Part shown: piece by piece, positions 19,951-29,968 of the stretch
Position numbering within the stretch: position 1 is the first letter of the stretch
Layout: the number at the start of each line of letters is the position of its first letter
Assembly: GCA_040767965.1 (NCBI GenBank)
Contig: JAXGNR010000004.1
Location: 352,001 to 416,000, forward strand
DNA length: 64,000 bases
Direction: 5' to 3'
Origin: Atribacterota bacterium
GTDB lineage: Bacteria > Atribacterota > Phoenicimicrobiia > Phoenicimicrobiales > Stramentimicrobiaceae
Position numbers and translations under genes: made by a program
Notes under the pieces: model-generated
Told to the model about the DNA's origin: nothing
Database searches by the model: none
Seen by the model: the letters and a program-made list of their open reading frames with translations, nothing else

Positions 19951-21639
19951 ATGTTAAATATAAAAATTACAGCTCAAAAAAATAATATATATATTGTGAT
20001 AATCTTTGCATTGCTTTTTATCTTCATATTAGGTTATATAAGTTATTATGAGCTACAAAGGGAAAAAAATTACTTATGGGAATTAGCCCGAGTTGAAGGG
20101 TTAAATATTGCCTTTTCGATACAAACACTTGGCTCAGAATTTATACTGGATAGGGATATCTTATTAGAAGTGCTGGATTTGTTCCAGAAGGAAGGAATAA
20201 CCTTTATAGATGTGGTGGACAGGAGTGGTTCTGTCAGATTAAGCACTTCAGAACAAAGGGTAAATCATAATATAAAAATTAATTATCCAGGGACAATAAA
20301 TTATTTGCAAACAGTTGGTGCAGATAATCAAAGAATTCTACAAATTATCAAGCCTTTCGATTTTGATGATCGTTTTTCCTCTGATCTGTTTGGATACTTG
20401 TTTTTGAGAGATAAGTATTTATTAATTGGCATTAACATGGAAAGTTATTATGCTCGCTATGACCAGATAAAGCAAAGAATTTTCTTCAATTATCTGGTCA
20501 TTTTAATTATGTTATTATTTGGAATTTATACGATATTTAAATTACAGGAAAATCTCGTAGTAAAAAGGACTTTGCAAAATATTCAGGATTATACTACAAA
20601 ACTACTGGAAAATATGGATAGCGGAGTAATATCAGTAGATGAAAACAATATTATAAGAACTTTCAACCAGAAAAGTGAACAAATATTTCAGTTGACAAGA
20701 TCTGAAGTTCTGGGAGAAGATGCTGAAAAAGTATTGCCTATCAAAATATTGGGAACATCTCTTTATCAGTTAGGTTTGCTGGAAAAAAAGAAAATTGAAC
20801 AGGAAATTGAACTAAAAACAAACTCCAGCAGTAAAAAAATATTAGAAATAAACACATCTCTACTAACTGGAGAAAATGGAAAAAATAATGGAATGGTAAT
20901 TTTAGTAAGAGATATAAGTCAAATTAAAAAATTAGCAGAAGAAATTAACAGGAACAAAAGACTTACCTCTCTGGGGAAATTATCAAGTGGAATTGCTCAT
21001 GAAATAAGAAATCCTCTTAGCTCTATCAGGGGTTTAACTCAGTTCTTGCAGCAATCTTTTGCTGAAAATGATGAAAGGAAAAACGATGCCCGCATTATCC
21101 TGCAGGAAACAGACAGACTAAATCAATTAGTAACACAAATACTGGATTATTCACGACCAAAAAAATTGAGTATTAATGATTTTGTTCTAGCGGAAATGTT
21201 AGATGAATTAATACATTTATTGCAATCAGAAGAAAAAAATAAAGAGATTTCTTTTCAATTAAAAGAAAAACAAAAAAGTATCCATCTGGAAGGAGACCAG
21301 GATCAATTAAAGCAGGCATTCCTTAATATCATTATCAACTCAACTCAGTCTATAAATGGGAAAGGGGATATTATCATCTCCCTGGATAAACAGCTTATTG
21401 AAGAAAAAGAGATGGTATATGTTACAATTAAAGATAATGGTATTGGAATAGCCAGCCATGATTTAGTCCATATTTTTGATCCCTTTTTTACCAGCAAAGA
21501 AAACGGTTACGGTTTAGGCTTATCCATAGCTTATAATATAATAGAAACACATCAAGGCAGCATCAAGGTTGAATCAGAAAAAGGAGCAGGCACAAAAATA
21601 GAGATTATTCTGCCTGCAAGGAGCACAAGAAATGAATAA
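19951..21639 (+). CDS. Membrane PAS-domain sensor histidine kinase (ZraS/AtoS-like)
   Basis: Two TM segments, PAS region, AHEIRNPL H-box, N/G/F boxes (DNGIGI, FDPFFTSK, GLGLSI). Confidence 0.92.
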   Translation: MLNIKITAQKNNIYIVIIFALLFIFILGYISYYELQREKNYLWELARVEGLNIAFSIQTLGSEFILDRDILLEVLDLFQKEGITFIDVVDRSGSVRLSTSEQRVNHNIKINYPGTINYLQTVGADNQRILQIIKPFDFDDRFSSDLFGYLFLRDKYLLIGINMESYYARYDQIKQRIFFNYLVILIMLLFGIYTIFKLQENLVVKRTLQNIQDYTTKLLENMDSGVISVDENNIIRTFNQKSEQIFQLTRSEVLGEDAEKVLPIKILGTSLYQLGLLEKKKIEQEIELKTNSSSKKILEINTSLLTGENGKNNGMVILVRDISQIKKLAEEINRNKRLTSLGKLSSGIAHEIRNPLSSIRGLTQFLQQSFAENDERKNDARIILQETDRLNQLVTQILDYSRPKKLSINDFVLAEMLDELIHLLQSEEKNKEISFQLKEKQKSIHLEGDQDQLKQAFLNIIINSTQSINGKGDIIISLDKQLIEEKEMVYVTIKDNGIGIASHDLVHIFDPFFTSKENGYGLGLSIAYNIIETHQGSIKVESEKGAGTKIEIILPARSTRNE

Positions 21640-22987
21640 AATACTGGTAGTAGATGATGAAATAAATATTCGCCTGATGTTAAAAAGAGTTCTTTCTCAG
21701 GAACAATATTTAATAGACGAAGCATCCAATGGTGAGGAGGCATTGCAAAAAATATCCCGGGAAAAATATAGCGCTATTTTACTAGATTTAAAAATGCCAA
21801 AATTGAATGGTTTGCAGGTTATTGCCAGAATGAAAGAATTGGATATCAATATACCTGTTGTCATGATGTCTGCTTATGGTACTGTACCGGAAGCTGTAGA
21901 GGCGATGAAATTAGGAGCATTTGATTATATAGTAAAACCTTTTGATTTGGATGAATTAAAAATATCTCTAGCGCGCATGCTTACCCAATATGATTTAAAA
22001 AATGAAAATCAATATTACAGGGAAGAAGAAGACAAACGTTTTAATTTTAAAGAGATTATTCATCAAAGTAGTGCCATGCAGAAAGTATTGGAAATGATAA
22101 AAAAGGTAGCTCCTTTGCCCACTACGGTTATGATAAATGGTGAAAGCGGAACAGGTAAAGAATTAGTGGCCAGAGCTATCCATAAAAATAGTCCTCGAAG
22201 AGAAAAACCATTTGTGGTAGCTAACTGTGTTGCTTTTTCCCCCAGCATTCTGGAAAGTGAATTATTTGGTCATGAAAAAGGAGCATTTACTGGAGCTAAT
22301 AGCAGAAGGATCGGTAGATTTGAAATTGCCCATAATGGGAGTATCTTTTTAGATGAAATTGCTGAAATAAGTTTACTGACACAGGCTAAATTATTAAGAG
22401 TTGTTCAGGAAAAAGAATTTGAAAGAGTCGGGAGTTCAACTAGTATAAAGGTAGATACCAGAATTGTAGCTGCAACTAACAAGGATCTGAAAAAAGAAGT
22501 AGATGGCAAAAAATTTCGAGAAGATCTATATTATCGTTTGCATGTTTTTCAAATAACGATACCTCCTTTAAGAGAAAGAAAAGAAGATATACCCTTATTG
22601 GTTTCCCATTTTATTCAAAAATACAACCAGATTTTAAATAAACGTATTGGTGATATTTCTCCAACAGCTCTGACCTCTTTGCTTAGTTATTCTTTTCCAG
22701 GCAATGTAAGAGAATTAGAAAATATAATTGAAAGAGCTATGATAATGTGCAGCCAAAATATTATTGAGCAAGACTTGCTTTTCTTCTATGATACGGCAGG
22801 TACTTCTCTGACAAACAACCATTCAAGTCTATCTTTAAAGGAAATGGAAAAGGAAATGATTAAAAAACAGTTGCAGGAAAACAAAGGAAACCGTACTAGA
22901 ACAGCACAAATACTGGGAATCAGCAGAAGGAGTTTACATTCAAAAATAAAAGAGTATCATATTGATATACCTAAAGCTAATGAATAA
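21632..22987 (+). CDS. sigma54-dependent response regulator (NtrC/ZraR/AtoC family)
   Basis: REC domain, GESGTGKE, ELFGHEKGAFTGA, FLDEI, PGNVRELEN, Fis-type HTH. Confidence 0.95.
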   Translation: MNKILVVDDEINIRLMLKRVLSQEQYLIDEASNGEEALQKISREKYSAILLDLKMPKLNGLQVIARMKELDINIPVVMMSAYGTVPEAVEAMKLGAFDYIVKPFDLDELKISLARMLTQYDLKNENQYYREEEDKRFNFKEIIHQSSAMQKVLEMIKKVAPLPTTVMINGESGTGKELVARAIHKNSPRREKPFVVANCVAFSPSILESELFGHEKGAFTGANSRRIGRFEIAHNGSIFLDEIAEISLLTQAKLLRVVQEKEFERVGSSTSIKVDTRIVAATNKDLKKEVDGKKFREDLYYRLHVFQITIPPLRERKEDIPLLVSHFIQKYNQILNKRIGDISPTALTSLLSYSFPGNVRELENIIERAMIMCSQNIIEQDLLFFYDTAGTSLTNNHSSLSLKEMEKEMIKKQLQENKGNRTRTAQILGISRRSLHSKIKEYHIDIPKANE

Positions 22988-23021
22988 AAAGTCTATCTTG
23001 TCAATCAATAGGAGAAATAAT

Positions 23022-23789
23022 ATGTTATTAGTAATTGATGTGGGAAACACTCATACCGTAATAGGAATATATAAAGATAAAAATTTAATAGGACATTGGC
23101 GCATCTCTACGGACTTAAAAAAAACTGAAGATGAACTGGCCATGTTATTTATAAACCTGTTAAACCAAAAGGGATTATCCTACAATAATATAAAGGCAAT
23201 AGCCATCTCCTGTGTAGTTCCTTCTTTAACATGGACATTAAACAAGATGGCGAAAAATTATTTTCAAGTCCGGCCGATTTTGGTAAATACTGACCTAAAA
23301 CTAAATATTAATATCAAAACAGATTACCCGCAAGAACTAGGTGCTGACAGAATAGTAAACGCAGTAGCCGTCTCCTCTTTATACAGTTTGCCTGCAATTA
23401 TAATTGATTTTGGAACTGCTACTACTTTTTGTGCCCTTGATAAAGATAAAAACTATATTGGCGGAGCCATTGCTCCTGGATTATATTTATCAGGAGAGGC
23501 CTTATTTAAAAGGACTGCCAAACTACCTGAAGTGGAATTAACCAAGCCAGCCCAGGCTATTGGTAAAAATACGATTCATTCCATTCAATCAGGAGTGTAC
23601 CTGGGCCATATTGGATTAGCCAAAGAAATTGTTTTGCTCTTTAAGCAAGAGCTGGATGGGGAACCCCTGGTAATTGCAACTGGCGGACTGGCTGAATTAT
23701 TTGCTAAAAGCTGCACAGTAATTAGTATAGTTGATCCCTTCCTAACTCTTAAAGGATTGCAGATAATCCACCAATTGAATAGTCAATAG
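23022..23789 (+). CDS. coaX: Type III pantothenate kinase
   Basis: IDVGNTH, LGADRIVNA, IDFGTATT, ATGG. Start at ATG 23022 after AGGAG. Confidence 0.95.
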   Translation: MLLVIDVGNTHTVIGIYKDKNLIGHWRISTDLKKTEDELAMLFINLLNQKGLSYNNIKAIAISCVVPSLTWTLNKMAKNYFQVRPILVNTDLKLNINIKTDYPQELGADRIVNAVAVSSLYSLPAIIIDFGTATTFCALDKDKNYIGGAIAPGLYLSGEALFKRTAKLPEVELTKPAQAIGKNTIHSIQSGVYLGHIGLAKEIVLLFKQELDGEPLVIATGGLAELFAKSCTVISIVDPFLTLKGLQIIHQLNSQ

Positions 23790-23919
23790 TTAACGGAATA
23801 ATAGTATATTATGATAGCTATTTAATTGACATCTAAATTGATAAAAGATAAGATAGATAAAAATTTATTCAAAAACAAATTATCATTAAATATAAATTTT
23901 TGAAGAAGGGATTATAAAT

Positions 23920-25386
23920 ATGTGGAAAGATAAATTGATCAAAGAAGAAGGGCTAACATTTGATGATGTGCTTTTAATTCCGCAATACTCTAAATTGATT
24001 CCAAAAGAGGTCGATCTAACCACATCACTATCCAGACATATTCAACTAAATATTCCTTTATCCAGTGCTGCCATGGATAAAGTAACCGAATCAAGACTAG
24101 CTATTGCTTTAGCACGTGAAGGAGGCATTGGAATCATTCATAGGAATATGCCTATTGAAAAACAAGCTCATGAAGTTGATAGGGTAAAACGTTCAGAAAG
24201 TGGAATTATATTTGAACCTATTTCTTTAACTGAAGATAAAAAAGTCAAAGATGCTTTAGCATTGATGCAGCATTATCACATTTCCGGTATCCCGATTATT
24301 AATAAAGATAATCTGCTGGTGGGGATATTGACAAACAGGGATATCCGCTTTTTAGAGGATCTTGAAACACCCATCGGTGAAGTAATGACCAGAGAGCCTC
24401 TCATTACCGGGCAAGTGGGAACCACTTTAGAAGAAGCGAAGAAAGTATTATATAAAAATCGTATTGAAAAATTACCCCTGGTAGATCAGAATTATATTTT
24501 AAAAGGATTAATTACCATCAAGGATATTGAAAAAGTAAGACAATATCCCAATGCTTGTAAGGATAAAAATGGAAGATTAAGGGTAGGGGCAGCAGTTGGT
24601 GTATCTGTTGATACCATGCAAAGAGTGGAAGCTCTTGCTAAAGCACATGTTGATGTAATAGTAGTTGATACTGCCCATGCAGATTCTAAGAGAGTATTAA
24701 ATACTATTAAAGAAATTAAAAAGAAGTTTACCATAGAGCTGATCGGGGGAAATGTTGCTACTTATGAAGGTTCTAAACGCTTAATTGAAGCTGGTGTAGA
24801 TGCAGTTAAGGTAGGCATTGGACCTGGCTCTATTTGTACTACCAGAGTTGTAACAGGAGTTGGAGTACCTCAGGTGTATGCCATCAAAGAGTGTTCCAAA
24901 GCCTGCAGGGAAAACAATGTACCATTGATTGCTGATGGCGGTATCAGATATTCAGGTGATATTGCTAAAGCTATTGCTGTTGGAGCAGATTCAGTAATGA
25001 TAGGAAGCCTTTTTGCTGGCACTGAAGAAAGTCCTGGTGAAGTTGTACTTTACAAGGGAAGAAGTTACAAGGAATATCGAGGCATGGGTTCAGTAGGAGC
25101 CATGAAAGAAGGAAGTAAAGACCGTTATTTCCAGGAAGATAATGAAAATGCTAAGTTAGTACCAGAAGGCATTGAAGGAAGAGTTCCTTATAAAGGTTCA
25201 TTATCTAATTGTGTTTTACAAATGATGGGTGGACTAAGAGCAGGGATGTCTTATTGTGGGGCAAAAAACATAGAGGAAATGCATGAAAAAAGCCGTCTTT
25301 TAAAAATATCTAATGCCGGACTGAAAGAAGGACATCCTCACGATATTATCATAACCAAAGAAGCTCCTAACTACGAGATAGAATAA
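23920..25386 (+). CDS. guaB: IMP dehydrogenase
   Basis: [11 protein letters not shown] pair, [36 protein letters not shown]-17-TAAGAT promoter at 23826-23854. Confidence 0.98.
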   Translation: MWKDKLIKEEGLTFDDVLLIPQYSKLIPKEVDLTTSLSRHIQLNIPLSSAAMDKVTESRLAIALAREGGIGIIHRNMPIEKQAHEVDRVKRSESGIIFEPISLTEDKKVKDALALMQHYHISGIPIINKDNLLVGILTNRDIRFLEDLETPIGEVMTREPLITGQVGTTLEEAKKVLYKNRIEKLPLVDQNYILKGLITIKDIEKVRQYPNACKDKNGRLRVGAAVGVSVDTMQRVEALAKAHVDVIVVDTAHADSKRVLNTIKEIKKKFTIELIGGNVATYEGSKRLIEAGVDAVKVGIGPGSICTTRVVTGVGVPQVYAIKECSKACRENNVPLIADGGIRYSGDIAKAIAVGADSVMIGSLFAGTEESPGEVVLYKGRSYKEYRGMGSVGAMKEGSKDRYFQEDNENAKLVPEGIEGRVPYKGSLSNCVLQMMGGLRAGMSYCGAKNIEEMHEKSRLLKISNAGLKEGHPHDIIITKEAPNYEIE

Positions 25387-25440
25387 AACTTTGATATGAA
25401 TTCCCTTAAAATTAAAGTAAAAAGAAGTGTTCACTAAATA

Positions 25441-26004
25441 ATGAATAAAAAAAATATTATTTCAACTAAAAACATAGCAATTGTTGGCCTTTTAATAGCA
25501 ATGAGTATAGTGCTTACCCGATTGGCCAGTATCAGAATTGCAATTGGAGGAGTAGAAGGTATTCGAATTGGTTTTGGAAAACTACCCATTGTTCTTGGCG
25601 GATTTATCCTTGGACCTGTCTATGGAGCATTTATTGGAGCTATTGCTGATATTGTAGGGTATATCATTCAGCCTATAGGCCCTTATATGCCACACTTTTC
25701 AGTTATTTCAGCATTAAATGGTTTTCTACCCATAACAATTCTGCATTTAATTGGAGGAGAAGAAGATTATCAGCTATTTAAAATGGCTGTTGCTATCGGA
25801 ATAAGTATTTTTGTAAACGATTTACTTTTTCTGCCATACTCTTTGCATTTGCTTTTCGGTATTCCGTGGAATATACTTATAATTCCACGATTGTTTAGTG
25901 TTCCTGTGACTATTGTTTTGTATACCTATATAGCACATGTATTTAAAAATAGGAATGTTATCCAGTTTAAGCAAAATCATCAACGCTTTAGAAGTTTTTT
26001 CTAA
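25441..26004 (+). CDS. ECF transporter S component, folate (FolT) family
   Basis: AMSIVLTR, GIRIGFG, GPVYG..GAIAD, GPYMPHF; about 6 TM segments. Confidence 0.8.
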   Translation: MNKKNIISTKNIAIVGLLIAMSIVLTRLASIRIAIGGVEGIRIGFGKLPIVLGGFILGPVYGAFIGAIADIVGYIIQPIGPYMPHFSVISALNGFLPITILHLIGGEEDYQLFKMAVAIGISIFVNDLLFLPYSLHLLFGIPWNILIIPRLFSVPVTIVLYTYIAHVFKNRNVIQFKQNHQRFRSFF

Positions 26005-26188
26005 AATAATCAAAGATCATATATAATTTTTTTGAAATAATTTGAAATAATCTGAAAATAAATATCATTTTTATTAGAAATTTAGTATAATATTTGTTAT
26101 AATTAATAAAACTTTACAAAAGAAATTTTTTTTTAACTTTAAATTAGTACTAGCTACTAATAGAACAATATAATAACAGGAGGAATAT

Positions 26189-26614
26189 ATGGCAGAATTT
26201 AATTTAAAAAAAGGATTAAAGGGATTAGCGCAAATAGTGGTTAATTATGGCAATATGGCTGGTAGATTTTCTAATCCTATGCCACAATCTTTTGCTACAC
26301 CAATGCTGGTATCTTTATTCGATAATGCTGCTATTGAAGCAGTAAAAAGAAAGTTGCCCGCAGAATATATTACAGTCGCTACTTCTATTAACATTAAACA
26401 TTTTACTCCAACTCCGGAAGGTATGACTGTAACCGCTGAAGCTGAATTAAAGGAGATCATCCAAAATAGGCTGATTTTTAAGGTAGAAGCTTTTGATGAA
26501 TTGGAAATAATTGCTACAGGAGAAGTTGAAAGGCATATTATCAACCTGGATAAATTTACCAAAAATGTAATAGAAAAAAAGAAACATCTGGAAATTCCAT
26601 CTCTGGTAACTTGA
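26189..26614 (+). CDS. Hotdog-fold thioesterase (FlK-like)
   Basis: ATPMLVSLFDNAA, IKHFTPTPEG, FKVEAFD. Confidence 0.8.
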   Translation: MAEFNLKKGLKGLAQIVVNYGNMAGRFSNPMPQSFATPMLVSLFDNAAIEAVKRKLPAEYITVATSINIKHFTPTPEGMTVTAEAELKEIIQNRLIFKVEAFDELEIIATGEVERHIINLDKFTKNVIEKKKHLEIPSLVT

Positions 26615-26675
26615 CTGGCTTTGTAAAACTAATTACTGTGTAATAAAGTATTGCCTTAAGAAGAGGTCCAGTTTT

Positions 26676-27593
26676 ATGGCCAAAAAATTTAAAATCGGCC
26701 TTGCTTTAGGTGGAGGAGGAGCTCGAGGGCTGGCTCATGTTGGTATTATTCAGGAATTGGAAAATTCAGGCATTCCTATTGATTTTATTGCAGGTACTTC
26801 AGTTGGTTCAGTAGTAGGGGTTTATTATGCGCTTTATCAGGATAGCAAACAACTAAAGGCAACGGCCTTGCAGATAGCCCAACAGCTGTCACAGATCAGT
26901 AATCAATTTGATTTTAGCCAATTGCAACAGAAAGATAGAAAAACTCTACCATGGGGAAGATTAACCGAGTTTATTAAAAAAGGCTATTATTTACATTCCG
27001 AGTTAAGGAAAATATGTTTGAATGATGGTAGAGTGTTAAAAAATCTTTTAGATAAGTTTTTGAAAGACTACCAATTTTCAGATACTAAAATACCTTTTTA
27101 TGCAGTAACTGCTGATTTGATAAGCGGAAAAGAGGTAGTTCTTAAAGATGGTCCACTTGTAAAAGCTATTTTAGCCAGTTGCGCTATACCTGGAATATTT
27201 CCTCCGATAGAATACCCAGACCAATTGCTGATTGATGGAGGAATTGTTAATAATGTGCCTGTGGATATTGTAAAAAATATGGGTGCAGATTTTGTGATTG
27301 CCTGTAATTTAAATAGAGAACTAAAAAGAAAGACCACATTTAAAAATGCCATCGATATTTTGTTTCGTTCTGAAGAGATAACTTCTAAAAAATTGAGAAA
27401 AATTCAACTACAGAATGCAGATTTTATAATAGCTCCGGAAATCCACCACATTGACTGGTGGAATTTTAGGAAACCGGAGCATTGTATTTTATTAGGGGCA
27501 GAAGCAACCAGAAAAATGGTTCCATATTTACAGAAGGTTTTGCAGAGTAGAATGCGTTCTGCAAGTATAAGAAGGTTTTTATTTAAGTATTAG
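26676..27593 (+). CDS. Patatin-like phospholipase
   Basis: [13 protein letters not shown] (GxSxG), DGG. Confidence 0.92.
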   Translation: MAKKFKIGLALGGGGARGLAHVGIIQELENSGIPIDFIAGTSVGSVVGVYYALYQDSKQLKATALQIAQQLSQISNQFDFSQLQQKDRKTLPWGRLTEFIKKGYYLHSELRKICLNDGRVLKNLLDKFLKDYQFSDTKIPFYAVTADLISGKEVVLKDGPLVKAILASCAIPGIFPPIEYPDQLLIDGGIVNNVPVDIVKNMGADFVIACNLNRELKRKTTFKNAIDILFRSEEITSKKLRKIQLQNADFIIAPEIHHIDWWNFRKPEHCILLGAEATRKMVPYLQKVLQSRMRSASIRRFLFKY

Positions 27594-27891
27594 TGCTAGC
27601 TGTTTCTTTCTTTGTTTTACCAGTCACAGATTTGCCTTCAGCAATTGCCTTGTCATTATTTTTTTCAGTTTTTTTGCTTGTTGAAAGTTTATTGTCTTTA
27701 GGAATACTGGATTTTCGGTTATCAGTACTATAATAACCGCTACCTTTTAAAATAAAACTACCATTTTTACTTATTAAGCGACATACTTCACCATCACACT
27801 TAGGACATTTTTTTAAAGGATTTGCCTTGATGGATTGAAATTTTTCAAAAACATGACCACATTTTTTGCATTGATATTCATAAGTTGGCAT
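27583..27891 (-). CDS. FmdB-family zinc-ribbon protein
   Basis: [12 protein letters not shown]...CPKC...KGSGYYSTD, low-complexity tail. Confidence 0.9.
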   Translation of the reverse strand: MPTYEYQCKKCGHVFEKFQSIKANPLKKCPKCDGEVCRLISKNGSFILKGSGYYSTDNRKSSIPKDNKLSTSKKTEKNNDKAIAEGKSVTGKTKKETASTNT

Positions 27892-28190
27892 ATTCCTTGA
27901 TTCCTCCCATTCTTATCTAAAAATCTTTCCGTATCTCTCAAATATAAAATATTATTCCATTTTGTTTTATTTGTCAAGATACATTATGGCTTTGCCTTAT
28001 TTGAAGCTAGAGAATCAAAAAAGACTATATTTTATTTAATATACGCCTTTGTTAGGCATTGAAACATTTCATTTTTAGTAAAAAACAAAAAGAATACCCA
28101 AGCAAATATATTGACAATAATCTAGTAATTTATTATTCTAAAAAGAATAGAAAAGAATATTTTATCAAAAAAAAGAAGGAGGAATATTAA

Positions 28191-29183
28191 ATGTTTAGCA
28201 AAAAAAGTTTTTCATGTTTACTGTTAGTTTTACTGCTGATTGCTAGCGCTACTTTTGCTGTAAGCGCACAGAGTAACCAGAGAATTGTTGTTTCAACAGG
28301 AGGGACCGGTGGCGTTTACTATCCTTTAGGTGGTGCAATGGCAGATATTTGGTCTGATAAGGTTGATGGTGTTTTGGCTAGCTCAGCATCCTCAGGTGCT
28401 TCAGTAGAGAATGTAAACCTGCTACATCATGGAGAAGTACAACTTGCTCTTATTCAAAACGATATAGCCTATTATGCCTTTAATCAGGAAGAGATGTTCG
28501 CTGCTGAAGGACCTTCTGCTGTTCCAGAACCCTTGAATAAGCTGCGCTGGTTAGCTAGTCTTTACCCTGAAGTAGTACAGGTAATTGCTTCAGCAGATGC
28601 AGGTATTGACACTATTAGTGATTTAAAAGGAAAAAGAATTGCCGTTGGTGCCCCTGGTAGCGGTCATGAAGCAAATGCCCGTCAAATTTTGATGGCTCAT
28701 GGATTCAGTTACGATGATTTTGCCAGAGTAGACTTTATTATGCATACAGAAGCAGGAGATGCAATTAAAGACGGTCATTTAGATGCTTATTTTACAACTG
28801 CCGGGATTCCAACAGCCAGTGCCGTAGATATTTTCAGCACTCACGATGTTAAGCTGGTCAGAGTTGAAAATGAAATGGCAGAAAATATTGTAGAAGAATG
28901 GCCATTTTATGCTAAATTTACCATACCTGCAGGAACTTATAGCGGTCAGGATGAACCAGTAGAAACTCTGGCAGTAATGGCTGCTTTACTTATCAACGCT
29001 GATGTTGAAGAAGACCTGGCATACAACTTAACTAAAGCCCTATTTGAAAACCTGGATGTAATGGCAGCAACACATCAACGTGGTGCTGATATTACATTAG
29101 AGGGAGCCTTGGAAGGACAGGCATTGGAGCTACATCCTGGTGTTGCTAAATATTATGAAGAAGTAGGAGCCTTAAACAAATAG
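28191..29183 (+). CDS. TAXI-family TRAP transporter solute-binding subunit
   Basis: TGGTGGVYYPLG, ASVEN, LYPE, GAPGSG, LHPG..KYY. TTGACA-17-TATTCT promoter at 28111-28139. Confidence 0.93.
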   Translation: MFSKKSFSCLLLVLLLIASATFAVSAQSNQRIVVSTGGTGGVYYPLGGAMADIWSDKVDGVLASSASSGASVENVNLLHHGEVQLALIQNDIAYYAFNQEEMFAAEGPSAVPEPLNKLRWLASLYPEVVQVIASADAGIDTISDLKGKRIAVGAPGSGHEANARQILMAHGFSYDDFARVDFIMHTEAGDAIKDGHLDAYFTTAGIPTASAVDIFSTHDVKLVRVENEMAENIVEEWPFYAKFTIPAGTYSGQDEPVETLAVMAALLINADVEEDLAYNLTKALFENLDVMAATHQRGADITLEGALEGQALELHPGVAKYYEEVGALNK

Positions 29184-29192
29184 GCTTTTTCA

Positions 29193-29714
29193 ATGAATAA
29201 TAGCATAGGTCAGAAAAAAAAGAACTGGTTTCTTGATAAAGTTTGCCCTATGCTATTATATTTTTTGAATCTTCTATTTATAGTGTCTTTATTTTTAATT
29301 TTTCTGCTTTCGCCTGTGTCTTATCTAAGAATAGCAAATAAAGACAATCAGGAATTATTTTCTAAAAAAAATGTTTCTGAGTTTCAAATAACACACATTC
29401 ACTCTGTTGCCAAATCTCTGGTAAAAGATTTTTACGAAATACATGATTATTCTTCAATTATCCAAAACAGAATGGAATATCATGATTATGGAGCTGGCTT
29501 ACCTACTGCCATTGATAATGGAAATTTTCAAATAATAAATGAAACAATGGTATTGTCTGATTTAAATTATGAGTTTAACGAAATAAGAATTATGGTAGGG
29601 CGTTATTCTGATCAAAAAATTGTCTTTACTGATGAAATAATCACTCTTAGTGAAATTGCAGATCCAGGTCAACTTTTAATTCTGAAACCTGGAATGACAT
29701 TTAAAGTATTTTGA
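29193..29714 (+). CDS. DUF1850-like protein of TAXI-TRAP operons
   Basis: HIHSV...YGAGLP motifs; located between TAXI SBP and fused permease. Confidence 0.8.
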   Translation: MNNSIGQKKKNWFLDKVCPMLLYFLNLLFIVSLFLIFLLSPVSYLRIANKDNQELFSKKNVSEFQITHIHSVAKSLVKDFYEIHDYSSIIQNRMEYHDYGAGLPTAIDNGNFQIINETMVLSDLNYEFNEIRIMVGRYSDQKIVFTDEIITLSEIADPGQLLILKPGMTFKVF

Positions 29715-29968
29715 AATTTATTTTTTATATATTCTTTTGCTCAAAGATATTCTATACTATAATAAATTATAATAATTAATTATAGTAATTATTATAATTA
29801 TGATAAAAGTATACTGAAATAATAAATTTAAGAAAATATATTTTATTTCAGCAATATTTTTATATTGTTATTTTTTATTATTTTATATTATAAGCATGGT
29901 AAATACTCACATAAGATGAGCGATTGCCCCTCAGATTGATTTGCCAAAAAGAAAGGTGGAAAACTAAG

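Noticed and set aside
25387-25440. THF riboswitch before the FolT-like gene, or purine riboswitch before guaB
   Set aside because: The intergenic regions are too short and AT-rich, and no aptamer consensus is visible.
26031-26060. Three 10-bp tandem repeats (TTTGAAATAA) upstream of the thioesterase
   Set aside because: Could be a regulator site, but such a match is plausible by chance in very AT-rich DNA, and there is no supporting evidence.
29755-29810. AT-only palindromic stretch between DUF1850 and TRAP permease
   Set aside because: Low-complexity A/T sequence, so the symmetry is not significant.
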